Assembly: GCA_965112735.1 (NCBI GenBank)
Contig: OZ218954.1
Span: forward strand, 3,224,001 to 3,288,000
Direction: 5' to 3'
Origin: Phaeosaccion multiseriatum
Lineage: Eukaryota > Protista > Ochrophyta, other classes
DNA length: 64,000 nucleotides
The notes under the pieces were generated by a model. That model was not told where the DNA came from and made no database searches. It saw only the letters and a list, made by a program, of their open reading frames with translations. Every line of letters begins with the position of its first letter. The stretch's first letter is position 1. Both the position numbers and the translations under genes were made by a program. Below, piece by piece: positions 29,953 through 41,852 of this stretch.

Positions 29953-32900
29953 TTACTTCATGAAGGTCTTGACGGCGACACCGGCCGCCGCCACCACCAC
30001 CACCACACCGGCAACGGAGATTGCCGCGATGGTACGCGCGGGCAGCGCCTTGTTCTTGGAGTCAGAGTCTCCGTTGCCGCTCAGGGCAGAGCCAGAGGCA
30101 CCGTCTCTGAGGTTCCCGCCCGAGAAAGCATAGCAGTCGGGCTCCCCGGCACACATATTGACCACGGAGCAGCCGAGGTCCGGGTTGGCAGCGAGGAAGA
30201 GCTTGGCGCCTGTTGTGTTGCGTTGTGTTGGGAGGGAACGGACAAGAGAGAGGAGGGACGGGGGGGGGGGGGGGGGGGGGGGAATTAGAGAGAGAGAGCG
30301 CGAGAGGAAAGGGAGGAGGGGAGGAAGTGGTCGGGAAGGGGAGGGGGAAGAGGATATGTGAGGTAGGGGAGAGAGAAGAAGAACGCGGTTCAGCAAGGGA
30401 AGTGGGGGAAGTGTGTCGCCCGTGCACGTGTGAGACACCCTACCCACCGACAAGGAAAGAGGGGACGGAGGCCACTCACAGACCAGGTATGCACACGCTC
30501 TTACACACACACACACCCGCCCGGCCCGACACCCACCACTCCCTAAAACTCAAAGTCACTCACCAGCCTCGAGGTAGCAGGCACGGCAGTCCTGTCCGAG
30601 GTCGAAGGAGTCGCAGTGGAGACCGCCGAACACGTAGAGGGGGTCGTCCTCAGGCAGCGAGCAGGTGGGGTCACAGTAAAGCTCCTTGATGTTCTCTTCC
30701 AAGTACGCCTTGTCCTCGTCTGAGGCCTGCAGTAGGGACAAAAGGGGTGCATGAAGGGTTAGGTAGGGCCCGAGGAGCCAGAGCATAGAGGCATAGAGGC
30801 AAGCGCCACCGGACAAGCGTGCGCCACGTAGTCAAGAGACGGAAGCGAAAGAGCGAGCATTATGTAATGATATATAATATAATAGTAAGGGCCATTCTTT
30901 CCGACATGAATCAATAGTATACGCGATTCGAGTATCCCCAACCGTTACGTAAACTCACCTTGTCGAGGCAGTCCTCGGCGGTCACGCACCCACCGGGGGA
31001 GGGGGTAACGTCCGGTGCGACAGGAGCCTCTGTCGGGGCGGCCGTGGGTGCGGCGGTAGGCGCGGGTGTGGGGTTAGTGCACGTGGCTCCCTCGCACAAG
31101 ACAATGTCTTCACAAAGCTTGTCCTGCTTGGCGGCTCCCTCAGTGTTGAAGCAGAACCGGCACTCCTGGTGGATATCCATGTAATTGCAGTCACTGTAAT
31201 AAAAGGGGGCAGGAAGGAGAGGCAGAGAGACGTGGATGGATCGGATGAGTGGGTGGAGACGCACACACACACACAGAGAGAGAGACGCAGGCAATTCAAG
31301 CGGCAATTACAGGTCATTCCTTCCTTGTTTCTTTTTCCATTCCCCACTTTGACTTACATGCCGGTGTAGGTGGGGAACTCGCCCACGCAGCCGGGATCGC
31401 AGAAGATGTCTCCCCCCATCATGTCAATCGCCTCAATCTGCTCGGTCGACAGATCGGACTTCTTGCAGTCACAATCAGGCGGGTCGACACAGGTGGCACC
31501 CTCGCAGAGAGGGATTTTGTCGCACTTCTGGTCTTGGTTGGCGGCTCCTTCCGTGGTGAAGCAGAAGCGACACTCCGGGTGGATGCTACTAAAGTTGCAG
31601 CCCCTGTTGGTGGTGATGCCGTGCAAGAGGAGGTAGAAGGGGCAGGAGAGAAGGAAAAGAGGAGTAGTAGAACCGAAAGAGGAGACAGAGAAGAGCAGGA
31701 CAGGTGAGTCACACAGAGTGGGTGCTTCGTCTGAGAAGCACTCGAACAGGAGGGCGGGAGAGAGCGCTACCGTTTCACCTAACATGCTCGCACAATCGTA
31801 GGATAGAAAGGCTTCCCTTCTCTCACCCATGACCCCTCACTACAACTGCTATATCCGCAGACTGCAAATTCGACGCAACAAAACTTCATCTTCCAACTCA
31901 AACTCATATCAAAACTTCAACTTACCATCCTCCGTAGGTGGGCTCGTCAGCGCAGGAGGGGTCGCAGTACACATCCCCTCCCATCATGTCCAGCGCCTCC
32001 ATCTGCTCGGCCGTCAGCCCTTCCTTGGAACATGAACACGACGCATCCTCGGCCACCGGAGCAGGAGTGGGCATCACAGGTGCCACAGTCGGCATGGCAG
32101 TAGGAGGGGAGGTAGGCGCTACCGTAGGAGCAGCCGTAGGCGCCGCCGTTGGGGCTGCCGTAGGAGCTGCGGTGGGTGCGGCCGTGGGGGCCGGGGTGGG
32201 GTTGACGCAGGTGGCGCCCTCGCAGAGAGGAATCTCCTCACAAAGCCTGTCCTGCCGGGCGGCTCCCTTCGTGTCGTAGCACAGGCGGCACTCTTCGTGG
32301 ATGCCGCCGTAGTTGCAGCCACTGTCAATGGTCCAAAGTGGAGGGGGGTGGAGCGGAGGGTCACAGGGTTAGACTCACAGACCTCCACTCGTAGACAGCG
32401 GCGAGGCATTAAACAAGACGCACACTGGCACAGGGCATTTCTTGCTCAGCAGCAGCATAACATCAGCCCAACGCACAAACAGCGCCATTTCCACGCGTCT
32501 CCTTGACCTCAACGGAAGACAGCTGAGAAGCAAACCACGCGCAATGGCCTCTCTCTCTCTCTCTCGCCGAACGATGGACGGGTCGAAACACAGCACACAC
32601 ACAGAGCAAACTCTCACACAGACCTTCCTCACTCAACACGAACAGACCAAACAAACAAAGGACGGAGGCTATGGTACAACACAGAGCAAAAGCGCACACT
32701 CACAGGCCTCCGTAGGTCGGATCGTTCGTCCCGCACGAAGGGTCGCAGTAAACGTCCCTCCCGGTCTTGTCCAAAGACTCAATCTCGTCGGCCTCCAGGT
32801 CGCTCTTCTTGCAGTCACAGATGGCAGGTGTAGGGGGAGCCGTAGGAGCGGCAGTTGGTGGTGCGGTAGGTGGGGCAGTTGGTGGTACAGTGGGCGGGGC

Positions 32901-33983
32901 GGTGGGCTCTGGGGTGGGAACTGGGGCGTCCACGTTATTATCAAAGTCGGGGCAGATGTTGAGCTCAGAGGTGGGTGTCTCGGGGTTCTCTGCCTGGTAG
33001 TTGGCAGCTCCTTCGGGGGTGTAGCAGGCACGGCAGTCCTGACCGGCATCAAACATGTTGCAGTGACTGGTGTGCGTGGGGAGGGAGGGCAAGGAGAGAG
33101 GGAAAGAGGGAGAGAGCGGCAGAGAGGAGGGAAGAAGGAAAGGAGAGAGTGGAAAGGTGGGGAGGGCAAGGGGTGGGTGGCGTGATACACAGGCGAGTGT
33201 GTGCTAAACTGACTCGTTCTCAACCAACCACACACGAAAAGTTCGCCCCACCGTTGCTCCCCACTTTCCTTCAGGTCTCCCCCTGTGCCTGTCCCTCTCT
33301 TTCTCTCTCTGCCGGGTGCTCCATCCCTCTGGACTTACATGCCGCCGAAGGTGGGCTCGTCGGTGGAGCAGGAGGGATCACAGTAGAGTCTCTTCTTGCG
33401 GTCCTGCAGGTACTTCATTGAGCTGTCGCTGATGGGGCCGCAACAGTCTGTGCCTTGAAGGCGGCGAGCGGAGGCGGCAGGAATGATTTCGGCCTGCGGG
33501 AAGTGGTGGCAGTTGATGAAGGAGGAGGCGGGTGGTCAGTACAAAGAGCAGTCAACACCGCTTGACTTCTTCTTCTCATTCAGTTCGTGGCCCCAAGCCC
33601 AGCGAGGAACAACGCTTTCCAGAACAACAATGTGGCCTTGGGAAATAACAACAAGCCCTCTCAGTCAACTTACATCCCAGCTCTGTCGGACGGACGAATA
33701 GATGACCGGGGCCAGCATCAGCAGCGGCGAGTGAGGGAAGAGGGGAGGAGGGCAACAAAGTGAAGACGAGTAAGTAGGGGAAGGGCAAGAGAGGGGGGTG
33801 GGGGGGATGTTGGCCACCAGAGATGAAAGGCTCCCACACAACTGGATGAATGTAGACACCACTCTTTCGCTCCGACGAACAACGTACCATCTCCCTTGCA
33901 ACGTTACCGCTGACACGGGCCTCGGCAGAGGTGAGGAGTGTGTGCACACACGCGCCCAACAAGGCGGCGACAGAGGGCTTCAT
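29953..33983 (-). CDS. Secretory-pathway type-I membrane protein with five Cys-rich modules and (PTAA)n linkers
   Basis: Exons 33888-33983, (33674-33682), 33339-33493, 32704-33066, 31926-32321, 31358-31603, 30959-31193, 30564-30726, 29953-30209. Signal-peptide-like N-terminus, RRLQ pro-motif, five (Y/F)CDPxC…G(G)-x-xC(N/D)…CRxC(Y/F) modules, C-terminal TM IAAISVAGVVVVVAAAGVAV. Confidence 0.85.
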
Positions 33984-34755
33984 GGTAGACTGACTGACAA
34001 AGGGACATTGATGAGGCGGAGAAGGGAGAAGGAGCAACAGGAGAAGCGGTTGAGTTGACCAAAGCAGCATGGAGAGGGAAGTACAGCTCGTCTTCAACCA
34101 AAACACCGTTCCTCCTTTCATTCAACCAGCTGTGTTGGATCCCAACGTCGCTCACTGCACACGTGGGGAAGAGGGCCCTCTGCTGCTACCACGCTCCCCT
34201 TCCTTTGTCGTGCTCCCCCAACTGCTTTCACCTGCCCTGCATCCACACACCCGACTGAACCCGTTCTGGATGTCTTCAACTCCTCCTCTTCCTCCTCGAC
34301 CTCTTCCTCCTCCTTCTCCTCTTCCTCTTTCCCTCCTTCGTTGACGCTGTCTCCCCTTCCTACTCTCGTCTTACCTTCAGGTCAGGATAGGGTGACAGGC
34401 GGTAAGAAGGAAGAGAAAGACGAGGAAAGAAGGAAGGAGGGAATAGAAGAAATGCTTATGATGGAACGAGGGGTTGCGGCCAACCCCTGGTTTAAAGTAC
34501 AAACGGCCACTTTACAAATGGCGACGATCTTGAAATAATTCACCAACGTTCAAAAAAAACTTTGTTTCTCTAAAAAAAAAAACTTAAAGCAAGTCGGTCG
34601 TGAAGAAGAAGACTACTCTGATTGACTGCCTGCCTATGGTCTGTGGTCGGTCGTCCTCTTCGAAACAGAAACTGAACGCTGCGTGTGTCAATCCTCGAAG
34701 AAAGGAACGGGGGCGTGCCCTCTGTACAGACGACCTTCCCCGGGGTGTCTGTATA

Positions 34756-35140
34756 TCAAGCCTCCCGCACTCTCGCCCAGGCTGGATGGTTGTAAAACCC
34801 TTTTCGCGGGCTCCAAAAAAAGGTATCATCGACAGGAGTGGCCGGACTCGAACCCCTCTCCTCTGCGCCTGCCCTCCCTCCTGCCGCTCCTGCCACCGCT
34901 GGCCCTATGGGAGGAGGCACCCCTTCTACGCCTGCTGCCAATACATCCTTCAGCACTGCTACTATCCCACCTCCATCCTCATTGCTGCTGCTGCTCCTAG
35001 CATCGCTGCTCGCTCCTCCATGGCTGCTTCCTTGCCACTCGCCTCCGTCGTCCGTGCTCCACTTCGGGCTCGAAAAGGGCGGACATGGTAATATCGACAT
35101 CATCGATATATGTCTCGACATCGATGGTACTGACGCCCCT

Positions 35141-35182
<42 letters not shown>

Positions 35183-38100
35183 TGTTGCCCGTACTGACTC
35201 GCCCTCCGCATGAGGCGGTGATGCATAAGTGCCCAGCTCACAGTGGGGAAGGCGAGCTCTGAGGAGAGGAACGACCCACCAGAGAGGGAGAGGGAGAGAG
35301 AGAGAAAGAGAGAGAGAGAGTGAGGCAGTGTAAGGAGGGAAGGAGAAGGGGAGGGGGAGGCCATGCGGGACGATAAACCGCAGGGCAGCCGAGAGGGAGA
35401 GAAGGCGAGCTGAAAATGAAACTGCTCCCGCACCTGACCATGGGATTTGATCCCGAGAGAAGAGGCCCACTTCACTTGTCTCTTCTCCAGCCCTCACGAG
35501 GTTAGGATGGGGGATGTGTCCAGAGTAGATGAGCTGACTGAGAGAGAGAGGGAGGGAGGGAGGGAGGGAGGGAGGGAGGGAGGGAGGGAGGGAGGGAGGG
35601 AGGGAGGGAGGGAGGGAGGGAGGGAGGGAGGGAGGGAGGGAGGGAGGGAGGGAGGGAGGGAGGGAGGGAGGGAGGGAGGGAGGGAGGGAGGGAGGGAGGG
35701 AGGGAGGGAGGGAGGGAGGGAGGGAGGGAGGGAGGGAGGGAGGGAGGGAGGGAGGGAGGGAGGGAGGGAGGGAGGGAGGGAGGGAGGGAGGGAGGGAGGG
35801 AGGGAGGGAGGGAGGGAGGGAGGGAGGGAGGGAGGGAGGGAGGGAGGGAGGGAGGGAGGGAGGGAGGGAGGGAGGGAGGGAGGGAGGGAGGGAGGGAGGG
35901 AGGGAGGGAGGGAGGGAGGGAGGGAGGGAGGGAGGGAGGGAGGGAGGGAGGGAGGGAGGGAGGGAGGGAGGGAGGGAGGGAGGGAGGGAGGGAGGGAGGG
36001 AGGGAGGGAGGGAGGGAGGGAGGGAGGGAGGGAGGGAGGGAGGGAGGGAGGGAGGGAGGGAGGGAGGGAGGGAGGGAGGGAGGGAGGGAGGGAGGGAGGG
36101 AGGGAGGGAGGGAGGGAGGGAGGGAGGGAGGGAGGGAGGGAGGGAGGGAGGGAGGGAGGGAGGGAGGGAGGGAGGGAGGGAGGGAGGGAGGGAGGGAGGG
36201 AGGGAGGGAGGGAGGGAGGGAGGGAGGGAGGGAGGGAGGGAGGGAGGGAGGGAGGGAGGGAGGGAGGGAGGGAGGGAGGGAGGGAGGGAGGGAGGGAGGG
36301 AGGGAGGGAGGGAGGGAGGGAGGGAGGGAGGGAGGGAGGGAGGGAGGGAGGGAGGGAGGGAGGGAGGGAGGGAGGGAGGGAGGGAGGGAGGGAGGGAGGG
36401 AGGGAGGGAGGGAGGGAGGGAGGGAGGGAGGGAGGGAGGGAGGGAGGGAGGGAGGGAGGGAGGGAGGGAGGGAGGGAGGGAGGGAGGGAGGGAGGGAGGG
36501 AGGGAGGGAGGGAGGGAGGGAGGGAGGGAGGGAGGGAGGGAGGGAGGGAGGGAGGGAGGGAGGGAGGGAGGGAGGGAGGGAGGGAGGGAGGGAGGGAGGG
36601 AGGGAGGGAGGGAGGGAGGGAGGGAGGGAGGGAGGGAGGGAGGGAGGGAGGGAGGGAGGGAGGGAGGGAGGGAGGGAGGGAGGGAGGGAGGGAGGGAGGG
36701 AGGGAGGGAGGGAGGGAGGGAGGGAGGGAGGGAGGGAGGGAGGGAGGGAGGGAGGGAGGGAGGGAGGGAGGGAGGGAGGGAGGGAGGGAGGGAGGGAGGG
36801 AGGGAGGGAGGGAGGGAGGGAGGGAGGGAGGGGGAGGGAGGGAGGGAGGGAGGGAGGGAGGGAGGGAGGGAGGGAGGGAGGGAGGGAGGGAGGGAGGGAG
36901 GGAGGGAGGGAGGGAGGGAGGGAGGGAGGGAGGGAGGGAGGGAGGGAGGGAGGGAGGGAGGGAGGGAGGGAGGGAGGGAGGGAGGGAGGGAGGGAGGGAG
37001 GGAGGGAGGGAGGGAGGGAGGGAGGGAGGGAGGGAGGGAGGGAGGGAGGGAGGGAGGGAGGGAGGGAGGGAGGGAGGGAGGGAGGGAGGGAGGGAGGGAG
37101 GGAGGGAGGGAGGGAGGGAGGGAGGGAGGGAGGGAGGGAGGGAGGGAGGGAGGGAGGGAGGGAGGGAGGGAGGGAGGGAGGGAGGGAGGGAGGGAGGGAG
37201 GGAGGGAGGGAGGGAGGGAGGGAGGGAGGGAGGGAGGGAGGGAGGGAGGGAGGGAGGGAGGGAGGGAGGGAGGGAGGGAGGGAGGGAGGGAGGGAGGGAG
37301 GGAGGGAGGGAGGGAGGGAGGGAGGGAGGGAGGGAGGGAGGGAGGGAGGGAGGGAGGGAGGGAGGGAGGGAGGGAGGGAGGGAGGGAGGGAGGGAGGGAG
37401 GGAGGGAGGGAGGGAGGGAGGGAGGGAGGGAGGGAGGGAGGGAGGGAGGGAGGGAGGGAGGGAGGGAGGGAGGGAGGGAGGGAGGGAGGGAGGGAGGGAG
37501 GGAGGGAGGGAGGGAGGGAGGGAGGGAGGGAGGGAGGGAGGGAGGGAGGGAGGGAGGGAGGGAGGGAGGGAGGGAGGGAGGGAGGGAGGGAGGGAGGGAG
37601 GGAGGGAGGGAGGGAGGGAGGGAGGGAGGGAGGGAGGGAGGGAGGGAGGGAGGGAGGGAGGGAGGGAGGGAGGGAGGGAGGGAGGGAGGGAGGGAGGGAG
37701 GGAGGGAGGGAGGGAGGGAGGGAGGGAGGGAGGGAGGGAGGGAGGGAGGGAGGGAGGGAGGGAGGGAGGGAGGGAGGGAGGGAGGGAGGGAGGGAGGGAG
37801 GGAGGGAGGGAGGGAGGGAGGGAGGGAGGGAGGGAGGGAGGGAGGGAGGGAGGGAGGGAGGGAGGGAGGGAGGACGAGAGTGAGAGCGAGGGGCAGGGAG
37901 GACGAGAGTGAGAGCGAGGTGCAGGGTCAGTTTCGGGGGAAGGTTTACGGTCAGGTTGAGGGTCACGGCCAGTGTCAGGATCAGGGTCTGTGTCCGGGTG
38001 AGGGTGAGGGTCAGGGTGGAAGTCTCAGATCAGGTGCATCTCATAGGAACCGAACTATTGATTTGATTGAATACACTCATAGCTTGACAATCAAAACTTG

Positions 38101-39266
38101 GGTCGACAAGGGTTCCTCACAAAAGTCTATTCAACTGAGAGTAAACGTCACACTCACACTCACACTCACACTCACACTCACACTCACACTCACACTTGAC
38201 CGATGTGAGGTAGGCTGTAAGTGGCCAGCAGGCCGCGTAGCTCCAGCGTGGCATTCGCTTCCTCCTTGGCCTCCCTTTTCGCCCCCTCTTCCGCCGTCTC
38301 ACCCAGCTCCATGAAGCCTGCCTCGAGAGGGAGAGAGGGGGGGAGGGCGGGGGGGACAGGGAGGGGAGAAAAGGGGAAAGGGAGGAAGAGAGAGCGAGGG
38401 GATGAGAGGGAGAGAGAGGAGGAGGAAGACGGGTAGGGGGTAGGAAAGGAGGGTGGCAAGGAAAGAAAGGGGGGCAAGGGGAGAAGAGGGGGAGAGGGAG
38501 GGACGGAGAGCGAGGGAGACAGAAAGACGGGGAGGGGTCAGGGCGAACGAGCGATCTGAACTCAGCTAGTCATCGCAGGACATAGTCCAGGGGGGACATC
38601 CTGGTGGGATGGACTTACTCTGGTGGGATGGACTTACTCACCTGCAGGAAGAGCCCAGAATCCCTTCCGTGGATGGATGGAGCGCTTTACAAGCAGAATA
38701 CGCTCCTCTCCCGCCCCCTCTCCCTCCTCCTCGTCCTTGCTGCTGCCCTTCACGGGAGAAGCTCTTGTCGTTGCGACGGCGCCACAAACAATGCGAGGAT
38801 TGCGGTCTGCACACGGAGAGCCCGAGATGATGGAAAGAGGGGCGTAGTTTGTTGAGGGCGCTTCACTCTCCTCCCCATCGCCTCAACCCTACTCACAGTC
38901 TATAAAGCCACAAGAGCGGCAAACCCTCCTTCGCTTGCTGTCACCGTCCGGGACTTGGTCTTGGAAGTCTATTTTCCTGAGGGTGCTGCTGCTCCTGTCT
39001 CTGCTACTTGTACTTGGGCTGAGGTTGCGGCCTTCTCGACCACGACGTCGATGTCTCAGCTTGGTCCATTCTACCACCCCAGCGGCCCTCAGCATCTGTT
39101 TGGGCTCTCTTCTTGGGTAGCTTATCCAGAGTGACGCCAGCCCTGCTCTCCTCATGGCTACGATCAACCAAGCCCCGCCAGTTTTTCGATTTTCACTTTT
39201 GTCCCTGCTGATTGGGTACCCAAGTGTGTGAAGAACACCCCGGGGTAGGCTCACAATTTCGGCCAT
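34756..39266 (-). CDS. Zn-ribbon Nudix hydrolase (plant NUDX23-like, putative ADP-ribose/FAD diphosphatase), 5 exons
   Basis: Spliced protein: [25 protein letters not shown]…[40 protein letters not shown] (Nudix box)…HIGQVQLIY…[10 protein letters not shown]…[15 protein letters not shown]. The true start may be a downstream ATG. Confidence 0.9.
35548..37873. repeat. ~2.3-kb essentially perfect (GGGA)n tract in a Nudix intron
   Basis: About 580 units, one interruption near 36832. Confidence 0.9.
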
Positions 39267-39477
39267 CTTAGCTAAGCTCTTCTTCTTTCCCCCCCCCCCC
39301 CCTGCACGATTCTTGATAGAAGTAGTGGGAAACTGTACGGTGGAGGAGTGGAAGAAGAGAGAACAAAGGTGTTTGTGAGGAAAGGAACAACAGAGAGAGG
39401 CGGGAGAAGAAGACAGAGGGAGCAGAATGGCGCCTCGACGCCCCTCATAGGAGGCCTAAAGAGGCTCTGCATTGGCA
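39267..39477. promoter_or_regulatory. Probable bidirectional promoter, Nudix/CAF1
   Basis: About 210 bp between the divergent candidate ATGs. Confidence 0.5.
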
Positions 39478-41821
39478 ATGGTGGTTGATGAAAGAGGGGG
39501 GACGAGTGTCGGGTACGGTATGACCAACGGGGTTGATGAAGACCCCCATCTTGGTGAGTGTTGTTGATGTCTCTCGTAGCCTGCCTTAAGACTCTTTGCG
39601 TTGCCTTCCCCCCACCTTTGGGTAGTTAGACGGCCTCGGATAAGCGCCAACTCTCTTTCTCTCTTCTACACACACGTAGACTATTTTCTTTTTATGTCTA
39701 CTCCGTAGTTGCTCAACCGAATCCCCAACACTTCACCCTCTCCGCCCTTTCTCACCCCCCCTCTCCCTCCCGTCTCTAATGCATAGCCGTTTTCCTTGAG
39801 TACTGAATACGAATGTATATGCACCCTAGAATATAGACATATGCTTCACGATCCCTGCCAATCGGAAGGTCCTTCCTTTTGGTGCTGACTGCTGTACATT
39901 GACTCTCCAACGACAGACTCACGAACATCACTCCCCCTGACTTTTGCTGGTCATTTGATGCCTCCGTCTACTCTCTCCATCGTTCCATCGATCCTCATGC
40001 CTCTGACGTCATGTGGAGCAGTCGCTGGGCGCTACCCGGGGCCCAACGGGAAGATTGTCGAGATCAGAAATGTGTGGGCACACAACTTAGAGGAGGAGAT
40101 GCGGCAGATTAGAAAGGTGGTTGAGAAGTACCCCTTCATAGCAATGGTAAGTACGCTCGTGCTTCGCTTGTGCTTTTTGCTTTGCTTGTGTTGTGTGTGC
40201 GTGCGGTAGGGCTGACATGGAAAAGCGTGTGCCAGCTCTGGGGTTGTGTGCTCCGCGTCGCGTGCAGTGCCGTGTATACACGTACACTCAACAAAAGAGA
40301 GGGGCAGAGAGGGGAATACATGCATACGTACATATACGTGCCTACCCCTCCCTCACTCTCTCTCTCTCCGTCTCTCTGGTCTCGTATGTATGCGTCAAAT
40401 CAAGGACACGGAGTTCCCCGGGGTGGTAGCGAGACCCATCGTAGACTACAACCAGACCGATTATCAGTACCAAACGTTACGATGTAACGTCGATCTGCTC
40501 AAAATCATCCAACTAGGGCTGAGCTTCTCCAATGAGAAGGGCGAGTTTGCAGAAGGTGGGTGGGAGGAGGAGAGTGGGCGCACAGCGCACACACCTACAC
40601 GTACATACAGCAGAAGGTGGGTGGGAGGAGGAGAGTGGGCGCACAGCGCACACACCTACACGTACATACACACACAAGGGCGGGGGGCGGAGGAGGAGGA
40701 GGAGAAGCGGGCTTCTCAATCTTCCACGCCGCTTTGGAAATGAAAGTTACCAAGGAGAGGGAGAGCAAGGGCTACTTTATGCACAAACCGTTTCCCATGC
40801 CTTTCCTCTCTCTCCCTACCTCTTTCCATCTCGCTGTCTCCCGTACTTCTCCTTCTCCCCCCCCTCTGCTTGGCTCGGTGCTCACTGCTCGTCGTTCGCC
40901 TCCCGTTTCCTGAACAACCCCTCACCGCTACCACTACAATCTTCCTCCCCACCGCCGGTACCACCACCACCCCCACCCTGACCACCACCATCACCATCCA
41001 CCATCCACCACCACCACCACAGGTTGCTGCTGCTGGCAGTTTAACTTCAAGTTCTCACTTGAGGACGACATGTATGCGCAGGTAACTGACTAGTAACGCA
41101 ACTACTCACCATTTATCTGTCTTACGCCTCACACCCTCACCCTCCTCTTACCTCGTACCTACCCCCCTCCCTCCGTCCCTCCGTCTCGTGCCTTACCACC
41201 CTCCTGTCTGACTCTTGCAGGACTCGATCGACCTCTTGAAGCAAAGCGGCATTGTCTTCGAGCTGCACCAAAGCCGGGGCATCGATGTGCAGGTGAGGGA
41301 GTGAGGCTGACAGGGAGGGGGTTCGAGCAAGTGAGGCAGGCAGGCAGGGAGAGGGAGGGAGAGAGAGAAAGAACACAGAGCACACTAGTATAGTTCACAG
41401 GTTTTCGCCCTTTTGCCCCATCCACTGCTATCCCTCCCCTCCCCTGACTTACTCGCCCCGCCTTGACTCTCTCGTACAGGAGTTCGGAGAGCTGCTGATG
41501 ACGTCAGGGCTGGTGCTGATGGACTCTGTGCACTGGATCAGCTTTCACTCGGGGTACGACTTTGGGTATCTGCTCAAGCTTCTGACGTGTCAGGTAAGGC
41601 CACGGAGAGAAAGAGAAGAGGGAGAGGGAGGGGGGCGTAGAGGGACGGGGAGAGAAAAGGACGGGAGGGAGGAGAGGGGAGGGAGAGATAGGAGGGGGCA
41701 CACACATGCGCATACACACACAGGTATACACACATACAGGTATACACACACCAGGCACGCACACACGTATCATACACACACACATACACCACCCACACTC
41801 CCCCACGCCTTCCCTTAACCC

Positions 41822-41852
<31 letters not shown>

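Noticed and set aside
34997-38314. 989-aa (PPSL)n and 955-aa (GGRE)n ORFs
   Set aside because: Stop-free translations of an intronic (GGGA)n tract; the real exons flank it.
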